A stretch of DNA of 64,000 nt from Lama glama. Its lineage: Eukaryota. This document shows, piece after piece, positions 35,771 through 47,984 of this stretch. The notes below the pieces were generated by a model. That model saw nothing but the letters and a program-made list of their open reading frames with translations, was not told where the DNA came from and made no database searches. Position 1 is the first letter of the stretch. Each line of letters begins with the position of its first letter. The translations under genes were made by a program, and so were the position numbers. The stretch lies in assembly GCA_028534125.1 (NCBI GenBank), contig CM052816.1, positions 96,784,001 to 96,848,000 of the forward strand, given 5' to 3'.

Positions 35771-35902
35771 TGGAGTTACACGGTGTGCTCTCAGTCTCTT
35801 TTTCTAGATGTAAATGGTCTTCTTCAAAGAAATTTACCCTCCGTACTTCAATGATATTTACTACAGCTTTGAAGTAAGTAAACTCTTATGCGTAGATCAA
35901 GC
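35771..35902 (-). pseudogene. Pseudo-exon (LIYA*EFTYFKAVVNIIEVRRVNFFEEDHLHLEKETESTPCNS)
   Basis: ctcctgcag| acceptor, |gtaagc donor, 132 nt, phase 1-1. Confidence 0.75.
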
Positions 35903-36049
35903 CTGCAGGAGTGACAGGGAACCACGTACAGAAGTTTGAGTGGGGTTAAAACTGCTTCTTAACTGCAAATCTTGTCTTATTCCCTCACTTAGCACAGAGC
36001 AGCTCTCAGCATAGGTCCAAAGATTTTATTTTATTTTTGAATCGTATAA

Positions 36050-37459
36050 GTGGTCTATACACTTTGCACCCTCCTTAACGCCGCGCTGACCCCACTGACT
36101 GGGCTGCCCGCCAGCCGCGGGCACGTAGGCCCGGGCCTCCATCTCCGCGGGGCGCGCCGCCGCCTCCGCTCTTGCTTGTGGTCCCGCAGCTGCGGGAGGG
36201 AACGGTGCTGCCCGCAGGTAGACCCAGACCTCAGGCCACCTCTTTCCAGTCTCCAGCCTGCAGCAAAGCCTTTCATTCTTTTAAGCCTAGGTTCCTACAT
36301 TTGCACAATAATGCAGCTATTGATAATAACACAACTGTATTCAACACACATGGCCACGTGTGAGGCACCTGAGCCCGCGAGAGGGAACCAGACGCCTGAC
36401 CCATCAGAGCTGGGCTTGCGTCCAGGTCCAACTCACAAGCTAGGAGACCATCACGGCCACTTTCCCAGTCCAGACCGGACTGGGAATCAGCCTTCAGTTC
36501 CTTATGGGAAACTGTGTGCACACTGAATGGGTAGTCCCTGGGCATTACTCATTTTATGGAAGGATGCTGACAGATTTGACTGATTCCTCTTGAGAAACTG
36601 CATATCCAAATGGACAATGGCCAGACCGTGCTGGAAAGCAGAACCTGGCCTCAGACCTCCGCAGCCACCAGCCCAGGGCAGTCAGGACTGTGTCAATAAC
36701 TGGCAGCTTCTCTAATTTTTAACTCTCTGCTCCCAACTCAGGACGAACCAAGGAAGCCATACGTGTTCCCTAAACCCATCACGTCAGACGCCCCACTTCT
36801 AGCTCGCTGGCCTCAGCTTCCCCGGATCAGGGCACATCTGAAACCTCTCCTTTCTTACTGTAAAGCTTTTGCTCTGTCCTGCCTGCCTCGGAGTCTCTGC
36901 CAGTCATAGTAACAATGGCCGACTCTCCTGCGTGTCTGTTCTGGTTTGGTGGAGGGGGGTGGTCTTCATCTACTTCCCTGCTTGTGAAGACCCAGGTGTA
37001 ACGTTGGAAGGATGATCCTTCTCTGGTTGGGCTGCCCTCGACGTCACAACAGACCAGACCCTCGGGTGTCAGTTTTCCCCCATCGTGTCTCCACACGAGC
37101 AGAGCAGTTGTTCGTGCTGAAGGCGTGGCTGCAGTTACTACGCAAGAATGTGCGCTCAGCCAGCTGGGGCTTTCCTACGACATAAATGAATAGATGCTTC
37201 CCATTTTCACGCAGCCCTGGGCCTCCCGGCAACTCATGCTTCGGAAATACGTCTTCAAATTCCTTAGATGCTTCCTACCAGTTAAATGATTCCCGGCTGT
37301 GCTGTCTGCGTGGTCCCGCAGACCGTCTCCTGCATGTGGCCCTTTGCCGGCCCTGGTTCCTCTAGACTTGCTGTCATCCACACAGATGAGCGGTGGGTTG
37401 GCTTGGATTACTTTACAGCTGATTTGCATTACTTGCTAATTGGTTTTTGAGTCTTATCA
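36050..37459 (-). pseudogene. Large pseudo-exon split by an ERV LTR (EASKEFEDVFPKHELPGGPGLRENGKHLFIYVVGKP...WRHDGGKLTPEGLVCCDVEG...RYTWVFT / PCVLNTVVLLSIAALLCKCRNLGLKE*KALLQAGDWKEVA*GLGL)
   Basis: ggttttag| acceptor in phase 1 with exon 38190-38388; the frame rejoins when the LTR is removed; 3' limit approximate. Confidence 0.6.
36359..36980 (+). mobile_element. ERV1-type solo LTR (possibly composite)
   Basis: Starts tgtgagg; contains caatggccagacc, taactggcagcttctctaattttt and ggagtctctgcca...tggccgactctc; ends ggtggtcttcatctacttcc. Confidence 0.65.
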
Positions 37460-38189
37460 CTAAAACCACACCAAAATTCTCTCTAGAAGCTTGAAGAGCG
37501 TGAGGGAAAATTACCATCTTCAGTTAGGAAAAGATAAGGAGCAAACCGTGATGACTCTGTCGCCGTGCCCTGGTCACCCAGGGAAGGAGCGCAATCAGAC
37601 CTCGGAAGGACAAGAGCCAGAGACCAGAGAGGTCCTGCGAGCTGAGACGCAACGAGCAGTGCATTCGGGGTGCAGAGTTCCATGTGTTTTTACCTTTGAC
37701 TCTGTCTCCCACTCAGAAGTCAAGTTCCAGGAGAGGGAGATTGTGATTAGCCCAGCTTGGGTTACATGCTGCCCTCTGAATCGGGGAGGAAGGAGCAATC
37801 TGACGAATTTTCTTGTTATACATCACCTGGGGGAAGGAGAATCACCGACTCTTCCTGACGCTCCTGCAGCTTCCTAGTTTTGTCACCAAAAGGCTTGCAT
37901 CCTGGGAAACTCGCATGAAAAGTGGGGACAGCTGATCACCCTAAGAAAGGCTTGTTTCTCATACAAAAACTGAAGCATTTTACCAGACAAAGGCAGAATG
38001 AAAATCAGGCTGGACAGAAAATAAATCCTCATGACGTAGCTCTCTTAAGACTCAGGTGATGCTGTATCATTTTCTAACATCTACAGATGTTTGGGGAAAC
38101 TGGAAGAGGATTCTAGTGTTTTAACTTGAGTTGCCATCTTTGTCTGAGAAGCCCCAGGCTCCTGTGTGTTAAGGGGGATGACTAATTAC

Positions 38190-38388
38190 TCAGGAATGTC
38201 TTCACACTGTCTTCTCCTCTACATGGGAGAGAATTCATTTTCACTATTACAACAGAGACATGGCGACTTTTTCCACTCTGATCTTTCCTTGGATCCTCTA
38301 CTCTGATTTTCTCTGATTCCAACACTAATTTCAAAGCGTGGGTTTGAAGGGCAGTATGTACATGTCCCATACTGGCCACACTATGTTA
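38190..38388 (-). pseudogene. Pseudo-exon (*HSVASMGHVHTALQTHALKLVLESEKIRVEDPRKDQSGKSRHVSVVIVKMNSLPCRGEDSVKTFL)
   Basis: 199 nt, phase 0-1, tctgttag| acceptor and |gtaatt donor. Confidence 0.75.
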
Positions 38389-38840
38389 CTAACAGATTGA
38401 GGTTATACCAGCTCTAACTGAGCATTTATTTACTAGCAGGCACCAACCATTCTCTGGAGCTGTGAACGTGATTGAAACCAAGACTCGGCCTATGAGGAGC
38501 GTGCTGACAAGTGGTTTAGGTCATGGGACCGGTTTCCCCTGGACTCACTTAACACTGCTGAGCTCCACGGCCAGAGCCTCCACCTGCCACCTCCTGTGAA
38601 CCCTCCTCCAGGGAGTCTCCAGGAGCTCAGGGGAAGGCGTTTCCGCGGGACATTGAAAAGCTTCCGCCTCTCCTATGAATTTTGTAGAACATTCTCGCTC
38701 CCTGCGGACAGTCAGTGAATGTGGAGTGCTCCATCATATCATGCATAATTAAATGTAATTTCTGCACCGTGATTAAAATTCCCTGGTGACTAATACTTAA
38801 TGGTATATCCACTTCATATTTCATCAGAATCCCTTCTTAC

Positions 38841-39058
38841 CTTTATGTCCTATTTTATTAGAAAATGTATGCTAGACTGCACATCAAAGTAGTCAAAGCG
38901 TGGACTTCTGGAAACTCACATTTGCTAAAGCCAAATATGATCCCTGTCCAACGAGCATTTGTTAATCATGTCATCAGGGAAAAAGATCCTCCCTTGAAAA
39001 TTAACTTATGCTTCTTCTACTTTGAAGAGGTGGTTTGGGAATAGTGAGCTAGACCTTT
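38841..39058 (-). pseudogene. Pseudo-exon (RSSSLFPNHLFKVEEA*VNFQGRIFFPDDMINKCSLDRDHIWL*...FDYFDVQSSIHFLIK*DIK)
   Basis: aaaacag| acceptor, AAG|gtaaga donor, 218 nt, phase 1-0. Confidence 0.8.
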
Positions 39059-39343
39059 CTGTTTTAGACGTAAGAGAATTTATTCACTTTTGCTTGAAGT
39101 GTGGCCCGGTTTTTTGTTTGTTTGGTTAGTTGGTTGGTTGGTTTGGTTTGATTTTTGGTTAGCCTAACCCTGATGCTTCAAAATTGCTGAAAAATAAAGC
39201 TTTATATTTTATAATAATGTTATAATCTGAATTCTAAAGCCTTATCCATCTCAAATTTTCAGGAGATATTCCACCTTAATTTTTTCATTTTCTTAATCAA
39301 CAAAATGAATCAGGTATTACAATGATCGACATTCAAAACACAC

Positions 39344-40176
39344 CTCATGGAGATCCTCTTGCATCTGGAAATGGCACAAGGTTGATCTGTTGAATTAAGT
39401 GTCCCCACTCTTGCTTTGGGACATGTGATGGTATATTACATATGTCACACTTAAGAAACTGAGACAGGAGCACTGGGCTTCTCTACCTGGAAGCACAAAT
39501 AGAGTGTGATGAGCAGCTGGAAAGTGGATGATATATATTGTGTCTTCTTTGCACATCAGTGAGCAAAAATTATAATTTAAGAAAAATGTACAAATCCAGC
39601 AATTAGCCATCGCATTACCCGTGAGCCATGTAGGTGTTTGGTACTTTCCTGGATGCAGAGGAGGTACAACAAAGGTATGAAGCACAATGCTTCATCCTCA
39701 AGCACCGCCGTCACACAGAGATCTGTGCATCACCCGCCCAGCTCTGCACCAGGCCCTGGGCTATTCCTGGGCATGCGAAAGGTGCATAAACGTGGCTGCT
39801 TTTCTGGAGAAGCAGGTACACTTTTTGGCTGTTCTGGCACAGCTGGATTTGATAGTAGATAGAGTCTCTAAGAGGCACGGGCTTGCTGGCCCACCAGAAT
39901 GGTTTGCTTCAAAATAACGTTTGAGTTGTAAATCTCTTCTGGGGGCTAAAGAGTATTTCATAAAGATGTAGATTTATAGGGATAAAAGCCATTAGGAGAC
40001 CGCTGTGCAAACTAAAATTTTAAGCTCTGATATTCGTGTTCATGGAAGGACCATTTCTATGGGCTGGTAGATTAAGATGGGAATTCTAACTCACTGTCTA
40101 TGTACAGGCCACTTTGAAATCTCCCCAGAGAGAGACGCCTTCTGTGCGCTTCATTGCTGTATGCCTGGTCTCAAGT
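39344..40176 (-). pseudogene. Three pseudo-exons: 39344-39486 (SPVLLSQFLKCDICNIPSHVPKQEWGHLIQQINLVPFPDARGSP), about 39821-40011 (FAQRSPNGFYPYKSTSL...), 40095-40176 (LETRHTAMKRTEGVSLWGDFKVACT*T)
   Basis: Acceptors gtgcttccag|, aattttag| and aatacag|; donors |gtgtgt and |gtgagt; most phases match. Confidence 0.7.
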
Positions 40177-40194
40177 CTGTATTTCTTAATTAAG

Positions 40195-40290
40195 TCCTCC
40201 TCCTCCCCTTCCTCCTCCCCCTCCTCCCCCTCCCCCTCCTCCTCCTTCTTCTTCTGCTGCTGCTGCTGCTTCCTCTTCTTATCCTTCTTT
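40195..40290 (+). repeat. (CCT)n/(CTT)n/(CTG)n low-complexity tract
   Basis: Seen directly. Confidence 0.9.
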
Positions 40291-40299
40291 CTCCTTCTT

Positions 40300-40985
40300 T
40301 TTAGTGAGAATTCTTAAGACCTAGTCTCTCAGCAACTTTCAACTACATATATAATACTGATTTTCTGTTATTAACTATAGTCACCATGCTGCACGTTAGA
40401 TCCTCAGGACTTATTCTTATGACTGAAAATGTGTATCTTGTGACCTGCATCACTTCATTTTCCCCTCCTCCCGGCCCCTGTTAGAACCACCATTCTGTTA
40501 CTGCAGTCTCTGTGTCTGTAAAATCAGCTTTTTAAAAAAATTCCACATATAAATGATACCATTTAGTATTTGTCTTTCTCTGTCTGGCTTATTTCACTTA
40601 GCATAATGCCCCCCAGGTTCATCCGTGTCATCACAAATGGCAAGATTTCCTTCTTTTTATGGCTGAATAATATTCCATTGTGTGTATTTCCTTTATGTCA
40701 GTTGAAGGACATTTAAGTTGTGTCCATAGCTTGACTAATGACACTGCAATGAGCATGGGCGTGCAGACACTTCTTCAAGATCCTGATTTTGATTCCCTGG
40801 GATATAGACCCAGAGGTGGACTTCCTGGCTTATATAGTAGTTCCATTTTTATTTTTTTGAGGAATTGCCATTCAGTTTTCCATAGTGGCTTCAACAATTT
40901 ACATTCCCACCAGCAGTGCACAAGGGTTCCCTTTTCTCCACATTTTCACCAACATATTTTATTTCTTGTCTTTTTGATAATAGCT
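40300..40985 (-). mobile_element. L1MA-type LINE-1 3' portion
   Basis: ttaactatagtcaccatgctg...ttagatcc...tttgtctttctctgtctggcttatttcacttagcataatg...acattcccaccagcagtgcacaagggttccc. Confidence 0.9.
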
Positions 40986-42145
40986 TGATAGTAATTGTTC
41001 TTGAGCCTTTACAAGAGCTTTGTGGAATTACATCGCTTTCAAATAATGAGTGTTTGATCTCAGGAAGTCTTCAGTTGCCACTGGTTGGTCTGAGATGTCT
41101 GCATTTTAAATTATGTGCAAAGCAAAATTACCACCTACTCTCCAAGGCTTTTATTTAATTCCAAGTATCAGTATGTTTAATTGGAAAGAGATTTTAAAGA
41201 TAAATCAAACAGTGTTAGGCTTAAGAGATTCTGGCACTTTAGAGATTGTTTTAAAATTAGTGCATCAACCCTTTTTTTATTTTTTTTTCCACTGGGGTTA
41301 GGACTAGTAGACCACAAATGAATCTGCCATTCTCCGATGTACTCTCATCATTTATTATTATCACTGCCCTGGGGGCTTGGAGATTAATCAAAAATTTCCT
41401 CAAGGTATGTTACAAGTAAAGGGAGGTTAGCCAGCTTTCCCACCTCATTTTATGCTAACATATTAAATTATGGGCACTGAAGAAATTAGCAAGGATGTGA
41501 GATCAAATACTGTCTCATTCTTTGAGCAAATTAAAATGTAATAAATGTTACAGATACTCTGTAACCATCAGGTATTAAATGCCTTTCCTCTTTCTCTTTT
41601 TTTTCCATTTTAACATAACCAAGTCTATAAAAGCTAAATAAAATCTCATATCTAGTTCAACCTCTTCCATTAGAAAAGAAAAGCATTAGGTCCAGAGGAG
41701 TTAATGTCATTCTCTCTCAATGACAGAACTCGTATGTGTGTGTGTTAGTGCGTGTTTGTGTGTGTACCATATATACATACGTATGGGCATACATACATGT
41801 GTGTACACACCATATATACAACATATATTCACATGTATATCATGAAAGTATCATTCCTTCTTAAACAAACCTATATTTATTTGGTGTGACACGTGGTATA
41901 AAGTATAATGAAGTCTGAAAGATGACATATAGTTTCCCAAAGACTAATAGGAGAAAAGTTATAAGATTTCTATCAGAAAAAAATAATACTTTCATGTCGC
42001 AAATGCACACTTTAAAAAAGTGAATGGCATTTAATATTAACTAAATAATATCAAATCTGTGGTGCCATTACACTGCTAATAACAATCAAGTATTACACAA
42101 AATCCTGCTGAGTTTATAGACAGCTGATAAATCCAAAGTTCCTAC

Positions 42146-42472
42146 ATGGGAGTTGGAGCAGGTGCCCAACAGGGTGCTAACACCGACCCCGGGATCCCAC
42201 TGCCAGGCACCGTCTGCCCCAAACACATGGACTGTCGAATTCTGGCTTGTGCCTCGTGGCATTTGGTGTCAGTGACACTCACAGTCAGTGACTTTAAAGG
42301 AGCCATTTCAATTCTCACTTCTTCCCATCCTGACTGGGTCACAACAGCAATTAGTCAACAGATGCCTTTGGAATACACAGAACTCAGTGTATTCTGTTCG
42401 TCTGGTCCCAACTTTGAACATGCCTTTGGTTTTTCTGCCAGTAACAATGTTCAAAATGTCTTCAAAGAGCAC
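42146..42472 (-). pseudogene. Pseudo-exon (CSLKTF*TLLLAEKPKACSKLGPDEQNTLSSVYSKGIC*LIAVVTQSGWEEVRIEMAPLKSL...)
   Basis: ttaatcacag| acceptor, |gtagga donor, 327 nt, phase 2-2. Confidence 0.75.
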
Positions 42473-42661
42473 CTGTGATTAAGTTCTTTCTCGACCCAGT
42501 CACTGAAATATTGTAAGTCATGCGTTTCCACGTGACACAAAAAGACAAAAAGACTCAGTGGCGTTAGAGACGTACCCAGGCTCTGGTATCCAGGCTCTGG
42601 AGTGGCTCTGGGGCCATTTGGTGCCATCTGACACTCAAGTGAAGACACGTTATTACATTAT

Positions 42662-43441
42662 TGTCACATAGGGTGTTGTGGGGTTTTTTCAAAGGTAGTC
42701 TGGACCAGTTTTGAGCCCCTGGCAAGAGGCCTGTCAGTTCCTCTTCTCAAGCAACTGATAAAGTCCATGCCCAACCACTTCGCTTGTGGGACTCTGACAA
42801 TCCAGCTCACGATGCAGCCGCCCTGCCTGGCCTGGACAGATACCAATCAACCAAGATCAGCCCTGTGCCCGGGACCCAAGGATTTAGTCAAGTTAACTAA
42901 CTCACGGAGAGCTGTAAAACCAGACTGAGCCCATCCTGCTCATCACACCAAGCAAGTCTTGACCTCTCCGGGTTGCTGGTATCCTGTCCCCGGGTGCGGC
43001 CCCTGTGGATGAAGAATGTTGCCTAGCACATCAGTAAACAAAGGATGCTGCGTGCTCAAACTATCAGTCACTGCCGCTGCCCCCTGCTGTGCACCCTGAG
43101 GGGATTCGCGATGGGGAAGGAGCAGGCTACTGGCCCTAGATAATTAAGGAGCCCATCAAAGGAATGATTTCAATGAGCTCAGGCTCTTGCATCTTCCCAT
43201 ACATAGAAAAGTGCTAATTTATTAACTTGAGATGACTGGTTTTCTTTAATTAACAGTAATCTTTTGAAGTTCTGACTACCTGGGTGTTTTTGCAAGAACT
43301 CCTATTTGTCCTGGCTCCTCCCTTACCTCTTCAGAATGGTCCCTCAGAGCTATCTGAAAGGCTGCCTCCTGGGCGTAAGTCCTCCAAATAAAACATAATT
43401 CTCAGTTTTGAGGTTGTGCTTTTTTGTTTTTTCAGTCAGCA
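42662..43441 (+). mobile_element. ERV1 solo LTR
   Basis: TG...CA ends and an AATAAA near 43387, with the typical tail ccctcagagctatctgaaaggctgcctcc...aaataaaacataattctc...ttttcagtc. Confidence 0.85.
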
Positions 43442-44376
43442 CCCCCATGGCAGCCGTCTCTCATTTGAAGCTGAAAGTAATAAGGATTCTGCCTTTCCTC
43501 TCTCCGAGCATCTGTGTGATGTGCTCTACCAACCAAATAACGTGTTGTCCTACGTAACATCTTATAATTATAACACAATCATGTTGATTTGAGTGATTGA
43601 TATCCTGTTTCTCCAAGTTTCCTTGTTAGGCAGGAGACGTCTTTTTAAAGCACAGAAACTTACACATCAGTGTTACTCAGTATATATTGGTTGTCTGGTT
43701 TAAAAATCATAGCCCGTGGTGCATAGGGCAGAATGCATAGCCAGCCAAGTTATCAAGAAAATGCCAGGTGTGTTTCATTTTGATTCTTGTTTATGGAGCT
43801 ATCAGACCGTGATGTAGAGAACTCAATCCTTTTCCACTGGATGTCACCTCCAGGCGCTTGGCATGTGGTACATACTCACTCATTACGTGGTGTCTTATGC
43901 TAAGTGATAGCTCCACAAACTTCCCTTGCAAACATTTATTGAGTGTCTATTGAGGTCTATTGAGGCCTATTGAGGTCAGGCTACGTGCAAGTTGCTGGGA
44001 ACAGAAAGATGAAGGACAAAGCTTGTCTAGGACAAAAGGGATAAGCCCCACTAAACCTTGGAACACAACCTCTCAAACACATGGAACCACCACAGAGTAA
44101 AGAGGTTCACCTCACAACATCTCAGTGCAACCCCATCCCACGCGCTGGGTGACTGGCCTTTGTGGGTAATGGATTCACCGTGAGCAGTGATGTTGTTCTT
44201 CCCTTATTTTCCTTCAGTACAAGGTACATTCAATATACTGAGTGTGCTAGAAATTTGACTTCATAGAAAATTAAAGTTCTACTGGCTGAATTGCTTTCCT
44301 AGCAGGTAAGTTTGTCTTTGACAGCTTGAAATGCAGGGTTTGTAGTAATCACACGGGGCTATGAGAAGATTCCTAC

Positions 44377-44794
44377 CTCCCCAGTAGGAGCTGTGACCAA
44401 ATGGGAGGCTTCTGGGCAGGCAGTGGGGCCGGAGAAGGCTGCCCGAGGGGCCAGCGCCGCTCCTGGAAGGGCCAGTGAATGTCCTCATCAGACGTCCTGC
44501 ACTCGGCAGGTGGAGCACGGCTAAGAATTCTCCGCAAAAGTGCGTCTGGTGGGGCTCGGAATCTAAAGACACCTGGATCTTAGGTTGCTCATCACATTAA
44601 ATGGATAACAACAGAAAATACACTCTGTTCTCAAGAGAACGTTGGAGTGTCTCAATGAGAAGTATCTCACCTTGTTCTGTTGAGCATCTTGGTGTGTTGG
44701 AATCAGCAAGGTTGTGAAGAAAAGATGAAGAGAGAGGAACTGTTTGGCGAATCTGGTTGATGAAACGGAGATGAGTGGGAGGTTTCCCAGAAAC
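44377..44794 (-). pseudogene. Two stop-free exons 44671-44794 (VSGKPPTHLRFINQIRQTVPLSSSFLHNLADSNTPRCSTEQ) and 44377-44578 (DPGVFRFRAPPDALLRRILSRAPP...KPPIWSQLLLG)
   Basis: ttccttttcag| acceptor, AAG|gtgaga donor, 92-nt intron, GAG|gtagga donor; phases 0-1 and 1-2. Confidence 0.8.
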
Positions 44795-45532
44795 CTGAAA
44801 AGGAAGAATTCCCTCTGGTTGAGGTGAGATGGGATCACCACGTGGGGAAAGGTGAGAGGGAATCGACAGTTTGAAAAAGGAGAGGCCTCGGCTTGAACTC
44901 AGTTTCTCTGAATTGCTGCCCCACCATCACCTGTCCTTCCCTCACTGTCCCCTCCCCAAAGCCGCACCTCACTCCATCACCCCCCCCAGTACAGGAGGTT
45001 CCCTCTGCATACAAATAGAGAAAGTGATTGAGGTGGACTCCTGTCCATTATTCTGTTTGTTCAGTGGGAATTAAACACTCTGATACTTAAGAAACTAAAT
45101 AAAAATTATTTTCCAAACCCAATCTTCAAGTACTAGAGGATGGTTGGAGAAACATGGGAATAAATAAATGAGGTTGTGTCGCGTAGGGCTCAAAGACAGA
45201 CAGCCCGGTTCTCCACAGACCAGTGGTGTCACCTCAGGTCACTGACCGTCACCCACTGCTGAGTGTAAGTCTGCGAAGCCCCAGCCCAGCTACTTGTGCA
45301 GCAATTGAAATGCCGATCAGAGGGAAAGCACAGGATGGGAACAGTTCACCCCGGGACTCTCTGTCGCACACTGGGATCCTAGAAAACCTGGCTCTGATTC
45401 CGTTCAGCAGAAGTGTGGCTTTAATCTCAGTTGAGATGCGTTTGAGAGTGGTTTGGGTATAGATGAAGACAGCTGGACTCCACAGACGTACTTAAATTCT
45501 CTAAAGCACACACATTTCCACTATCATGCCAC

Positions 45533-46685
45533 CCATATGGCTAAGGCCATCTGTGATGGTGAGGGTCCTCCAGGCAGCCCGACCCCCCGCGAGGGGGCTC
45601 CTGAGCTGGGAGCATCGGCCTTGCCTGTCATTTGCTGGGAAGCTGGGCTGAAGGAATGGGCTCTCCGAAGCTGGGTGGGGACAAGTGCAGAGAGCTCCCG
45701 TAACTGGCGCTGTCAGTCACAGGATTGTCTCAACAAGTCAGGCGGAGCCAGCAAAGGGGCCTCTCCTGCAGCTTCTGAACGTCTACTTTCCTCACGGACT
45801 TGTAGCCACAGGGGAAGGAGGAGACCCGGATACGGATGGAGGGCAGGGGACGTGGTCCTCGCGGGGAACATGTCCCAGGGGCCCCCAGCGCAAAGTGCTG
45901 CCTCCCCTCAGGCTATGGGCTTGCTCTGCTTAGAAGATCAATCCAAGCTCAGGCTCACCAGGCCAGCCGTCTCGGACTCAGCTCTGGACGTGAGCATCAG
46001 TTGCCCCAGGTCCTCAACAGGGTTGCATTTCTTCTGTTTCCGGAATCATAAGTTGATGATAACAGGGCCTGTTTCAAATGGTTGTTGGAGAGAGAAAAGG
46101 ATAATTAACTCGAAGTCCCTAGCCCTGTGTTCCCACATGAGATTGTCTCTGTGAGTGTTTTTCCTCTTCCTTTCTGCCTCTTTGTAAGTGTGTTTCTTCC
46201 TTTCTTCCCTCCTGTAGAGGGGCTGCAGGAACCTTCTAGAAGGTGTGGATAAGAGCCTTTCCTTTTGTTAACCTTCTGTACTGCATCTGGCACATCTCAC
46301 ATGAGTCCCTTTCTTTGACTTTCTCAGAAATAGGAACTTTTGAGCACCAGGAAAAAAACCCAAGAAATTATTATACTCGGCATTTTTCAGGATATAAACA
46401 GTTCTCTTAACTTTGATTCCTGGTTTTTTCCCCCCTCTTATTTCAGTTTTTGTGTTGGTTTCAGTCTGACTGGTAAACTCGCACCTCCCTTCAGAGCTGT
46501 TAGTGCGGCTCATTCGGCCAGGGAGCCCCTGACTCAGGCTCCGCTGACGGACCTGGAGAGAAGTTACGTTTTATTCCTTCAGGGGACTCATCCCCACAAG
46601 AAGCACTTCCTTCACGGAGTTTTCTGTCATTTTTATTCTCTCATAATCCCTCAGGTTTTTTGTTTTCCATCTATTTCAGTTTCAC
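45533..46685 (-). pseudogene. Pseudo-exons 46485-46685, 46273-46346 and 45533-46148 (RDNLMWEHRARDFELIILFSLQQPFETGPVIINL*FRKQKKCNPVEDLGQLMLTS...)
   Basis: Lengths 201, 74 and 616 nt give phases 0-0, 0-2 and 2-0. The 233-aa plus ORF 45453-46154 is their antisense shadow. Confidence 0.75.
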
Positions 46686-47984
46686 CTAATTAAGTCAGGG
46701 AAACAATTTAGAACCGTTATAGCTGATATTATTACAACTCCCTTTTTTTCTGAGTTATATACAAAGCCATTTCCCTTATTTTCAAATATCATTATACATG
46801 GTATTAGGTATTAATTCTTCGTAAGATGAATGTATTGTAATAGATGATTTTAGCAACCTTCAACCCAACCCAAGGGATTCTAAAATGACAATCAAAAATG
46901 TCAAAAATAGCAAACAAAGCCTTAGCCTACGTGCGCTAACGTTCCTCATTGACAACGGTAAGAAAAGAGAGATTTCTGTATATGATTCCACAGTCTGGCA
47001 CTTTGTAGCGGTATTTCAGATAATCTTGGCCTTGCCTTACTCAACAGTGAAGAATAAAAGATTGCTCACATTCTCACCTCATATGCTTAAGAACGAGACC
47101 CAAAGAAGCTATTAATTCTCATTCACCTTCATGTATTAAACATTCTTAATGGGATATTTTAAAATAATTTACTTTAAGGAAAGATACTCCAATACTTTCT
47201 AGTAAGATCTAAGTTCTATTGGTGTAAATGAATTCAGCCCTTGTCTCTGACTTAAAAACAGTGTTGTGGTTCACTTTTCTGCTTCAGATCAGAATACTGG
47301 TGACGTTTTTAAAGGTGGGAACTCCCTGAGGAGTCGTACTTTAAAACAGCAGCAAGCACAGCTCCTGTTCCGCAGCAGCGCTGCATTTCTGACTCTGATG
47401 TTGCTGGGTTTATTTCTCCATCCCACTCAAGAGATTAATATAACAAAAAGCAATGTTTAATAAATGCAAGGCTACAGTCAGTCCAAGGTACATTCATTAG
47501 AGTATGCATAAAAATATATGTAGCTTCAAATCAAGAAAACAGCCAGCTCTTTCTCCTTTCCTACTTCTGGGACCTCTGTGTCCTCCAATAGTTCACCTTC
47601 ACACTTCCCTGCTCTCTCCCACCCGCAACGGTGCTGTTTGGAAAAGACTCTTGAGTTGCCTAAGAGTCACCCTACTCAGCTGAACATAGGAACACCAGAT
47701 GATCCTGCAACCAAGGTTGGATACTTTGGGCATCTGGCCTTCAAGATCATTCATATATGGAAACTTTTCCCAATGTCTACTCTGCCAATAAATTTCTCTT
47801 CTTTATAGCTGCAGTTGATTATGTGAGTGGGAGTCAAGGACCTGCTAACTGGCCACAATGTTGCTTTAAATGCAAGCTCTTTAAGTGCACATCATATCAA
47901 TTTCTCAAAGCCCAGTAGAGGAAAAGAGCCCTCCTCCAGGCAAAGCATCTTTGAGGTCCAGAAGGAGCTTCACTATCAAGTCCT

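Noticed and set aside
43948..43977. Triple tattgagg repeat, and the 28235-28300 GA-rich duplication, as a CRISPR-like or functional array
   Set aside because: Short slippage duplications in eukaryotic DNA with no spacers.
44671..46030. GREB1/GREB1L identity for the giant pseudogene (PVEDLGQLMLTS, LADSNT echoes)
   Set aside because: Only two short loose resemblances from memory; the other exons show no GREB1 motifs, so no symbol was assigned.
45453..46154. 233-aa plus-strand ORF, the longest gap-free ORF
   Set aside because: It is the antisense shadow of the GC-rich minus-strand exon 45533-46148, which has the splice sites and phase match.
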